Part shown: positions 62,043-64,000 of the stretch, in pieces
How the letters are laid out: every line of letters starts with the position of its first letter
How positions within the stretch are numbered: position 1 is the first letter of the stretch
Origin: a bacterium
GTDB taxonomy: Bacteria; Patescibacteriota; Microgenomatia; Levybacterales; UBA12049
Length of the DNA stretch: 64,000 bases
Reading direction: 5' to 3'
Assembly (NCBI GenBank): GCA_021824155.1
Contig: JAKALN010000002.1
Span: forward strand, 15,775-79,774
Notes under the pieces: generated by a model
Database searches by the model: none
Seen by the model: only the letters and a program-made list of their open reading frames with translations
What the model was told of the DNA's origin: nothing
Made by a program: the position numbers and the translations under genes

Positions 62043-63098
62043 GTGAAGATAATTAAAGATTTATTTGCTCGAATAAAGGCCCTTGTATTAAGCCACAAAA
62101 AGCTGTCGTTACTTTTTCTCGCAATTTTAATAGCCGCAGGATATTTTTTATTTCCCAAAGGGGGCCCAACAGTTCTGACGCAAGCTGCAAAAACAGAGGA
62201 TGTAATTAGAACAGTGTCTGTAACCGGAAATGTTGATTCGGATAACACTGTCAATTTAACTTTCCAGACTGCCGGTACTTTAGATTATTTAGGAATAAAA
62301 GTAGGAGATACAGTTAAAAAAGGACAGCTTATTGCATCTTTAAATAAAGACGACTTATGGGCTGCTTTCAGACAGGCTCAACAGGATTTTACTGCCGCAA
62401 AAGCAGCTTCCGAACAGTATTATAGCGGACATACAAATGCAACGGAAAGTTATGATGAAAAAGTTCAAAGAACGGCCCTAGATGCTGCACAGAATAAAGC
62501 TTACGATAATATGGTTATTGCTCAAAAGGCAATAGCTAATTCAAATCTTTACTCTACAATAGATGGAATAGTCACCAAAGCGGATGCACAGAGCGCAGGA
62601 GTTAATATTACTGTTACCACTACGTTTACAATAACCGACCCTACTTCTTTAAATTTTAAAATGGAAGTAGATGAAGCTGATATAGGACAGGTAAAAATAG
62701 GACAAAACGTTAACGTATCACTTGATTCTTTTCCCAATGATAATCTTAAGCTAATAGTAGATAAAATCGACTTTGTAAGCCATTTAACATCATCGGGCGG
62801 AAACGCATTTTATGTAAAGGCAAATCTTCCCGAAAATAGTGCCTACAGGGTCGGGATGAATGGTAATGCTGACATAATTGTAGGCGAAGCAAAAAATGTC
62901 CTTGCAATTCCCAGCTCGAGTATATTTGATGACAATTATGTTTATGTTAAACAACGGGATAAATTTGAGAAAAAGAAAATAAGGCTGGGTCTTCAAAGCG
63001 ATACGGAAGCAGAGGTAAAGTCCGGTTTACTAAATGGGGATATTGTAGCCGTTGACCCAAGTTCAGTTCCTTCAAACCTTATAATCAAAACCAAATAA
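62043..63098 (+). CDS. Efflux RND/MacA-type membrane fusion (adaptor) protein
   Basis: TM, lipoyl-like VKVGDTVKKGQ, VDEADIGQVKIGQ, GL..GD.V; GTG start avoids overlap with tRNA-Arg. Confidence 0.88.
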   Translation: MKIIKDLFARIKALVLSHKKLSLLFLAILIAAGYFLFPKGGPTVLTQAAKTEDVIRTVSVTGNVDSDNTVNLTFQTAGTLDYLGIKVGDTVKKGQLIASLNKDDLWAAFRQAQQDFTAAKAASEQYYSGHTNATESYDEKVQRTALDAAQNKAYDNMVIAQKAIANSNLYSTIDGIVTKADAQSAGVNITVTTTFTITDPTSLNFKMEVDEADIGQVKIGQNVNVSLDSFPNDNLKLIVDKIDFVSHLTSSGGNAFYVKANLPENSAYRVGMNGNADIIVGEAKNVLAIPSSSIFDDNYVYVKQRDKFEKKKIRLGLQSDTEAEVKSGLLNGDIVAVDPSSVPSNLIIKTK

Positions 63099-63103
63099 GC
63101 TTC

Positions 63104-63790
63104 ATGAATAAACAAAACGAAATAATAAAAATGGTAGACATTACCAAAATATATGACTCTTCAGATGTCGAAACAGTGGCTTTAAAAGATATTGACCTTG
63201 TAGTAAATAAAGGTGATTTTGTTGCAATTACAGGCAGGTCGGGTTCGGGAAAATCAACCCTCATGCACATAATAGGACTTTTGGATAACCCGACTTCCGG
63301 CAAATATACATTAAACGGAACAGACGTTTCATCCTTAGAGGAAGACGAATTAGCATTTCAGAGAAATAAAGAAATAGGATTTGTTTTTCAATCTTTTAAC
63401 CTCTTATCCAGATCAACTGCAGTAGAAAACGTACTTTTACCTGGAATATACGCAGGCATGGGGAGTCAGGAACGAGTGCAGAGGGCAGTAGAATTACTTA
63501 CGGAATTGGGATTGGAAGATCATTTGAATAAAAGGCCGAATCAAATGTCCGGAGGCCAGCAGCAAAGAGTAGCCATAGCAAGAGCTTTAATGAATGATCC
63601 GGAGCTGATACTTGCAGACGAACCAACGGGAAATTTGGATACACACTCGGGGGATGATGTAATGAACACGCTTAAAGCTTTAAATAAAGAAGGCAAGACA
63701 ATTGTCTTGATTACCCATGAACATGATATCGCCGCCCAGGCAAAAAAGATTCTGCATTTGGAAGACGGGAGGCTGGTTAGTAAAAAATGA
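63104..63790 (+). CDS. ABC transporter ATP-binding protein (MacB/LolD type)
   Basis: GRSGSGKST, MSGGQQQRVAIARAL, ILADEPTGNLD. Confidence 0.95.
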   Translation: MNKQNEIIKMVDITKIYDSSDVETVALKDIDLVVNKGDFVAITGRSGSGKSTLMHIIGLLDNPTSGKYTLNGTDVSSLEEDELAFQRNKEIGFVFQSFNLLSRSTAVENVLLPGIYAGMGSQERVQRAVELLTELGLEDHLNKRPNQMSGGQQQRVAIARALMNDPELILADEPTGNLDTHSGDDVMNTLKALNKEGKTIVLITHEHDIAAQAKKILHLEDGRLVSKK

Positions 63791-64000
63791 AATTTAACGA
63801 ACTGATAATATTAGCTTTTAAATCTATCGCCGCAAATAAGTTAAGAAGCTTTCTAACGACTTTAGGCATAATAATAGGGGTTTTTTCTATAATTTTATTG
63901 GTATCTATAGGGTCGGGTTTGCAAAGTTACATTACTAACGAAATTTCTTCTTTAGGGTCAAATCTTATAGATGTACTGCCCGGGAGCACAAGCAGCGGAT
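63787..64000 (+). CDS. MacB-type ABC permease, 3'-truncated by window edge
   Basis: MKFNELIILAFKSIAANKLRSFLTTLGIIIGV; ATGA overlap with the ATPase stop. Confidence 0.88.
   Translation, partial: MKFNELIILAFKSIAANKLRSFLTTLGIIIGVFSIILLVSIGSGLQSYITNEISSLGSNLIDVLPGSTSSG

Overview
AT-rich (roughly 35% GC by eye), gene-dense chromosomal window. Gene content (F-type ATP synthase with short delta, gatCAB, murT/gatD, polX-PHP, lemA/htpX, ppsA-eno-pgi/pmi-pmm, uvrA/B/C, lexA, many membrane glycosyltransferases, no amino-acid biosynthesis) and frequent leaderless-type promoters suggest a Patescibacteria/CPR bacterium, probably Microgenomates; this taxonomy is inferred. The window holds about 55 CDSs and 7 tRNA genes, none encoding CCA. 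No transposase, integrase, CRISPR array or rRNA was seen. The most unusual signals: (1) two tandem, architecturally matching ~75-80 nt three-hairpin RNA units at 44.9-45.2 kb, behind a perfect sigma70 promoter and ahead of an orphan ORF; (2) tRNA 3'-end duplication elements behind tRNA-Glu, tRNA-Lys and tRNA-Gly, plus an orphan tRNA-Thr(GGT) 3' half; (3) an atypical GGDEF plus minimal nucleotidyltransferase pair coupled to gatB; (4) strong over-representation of TCCGGA; (5) a candidate GTTC-N7-GAAC LexA box.
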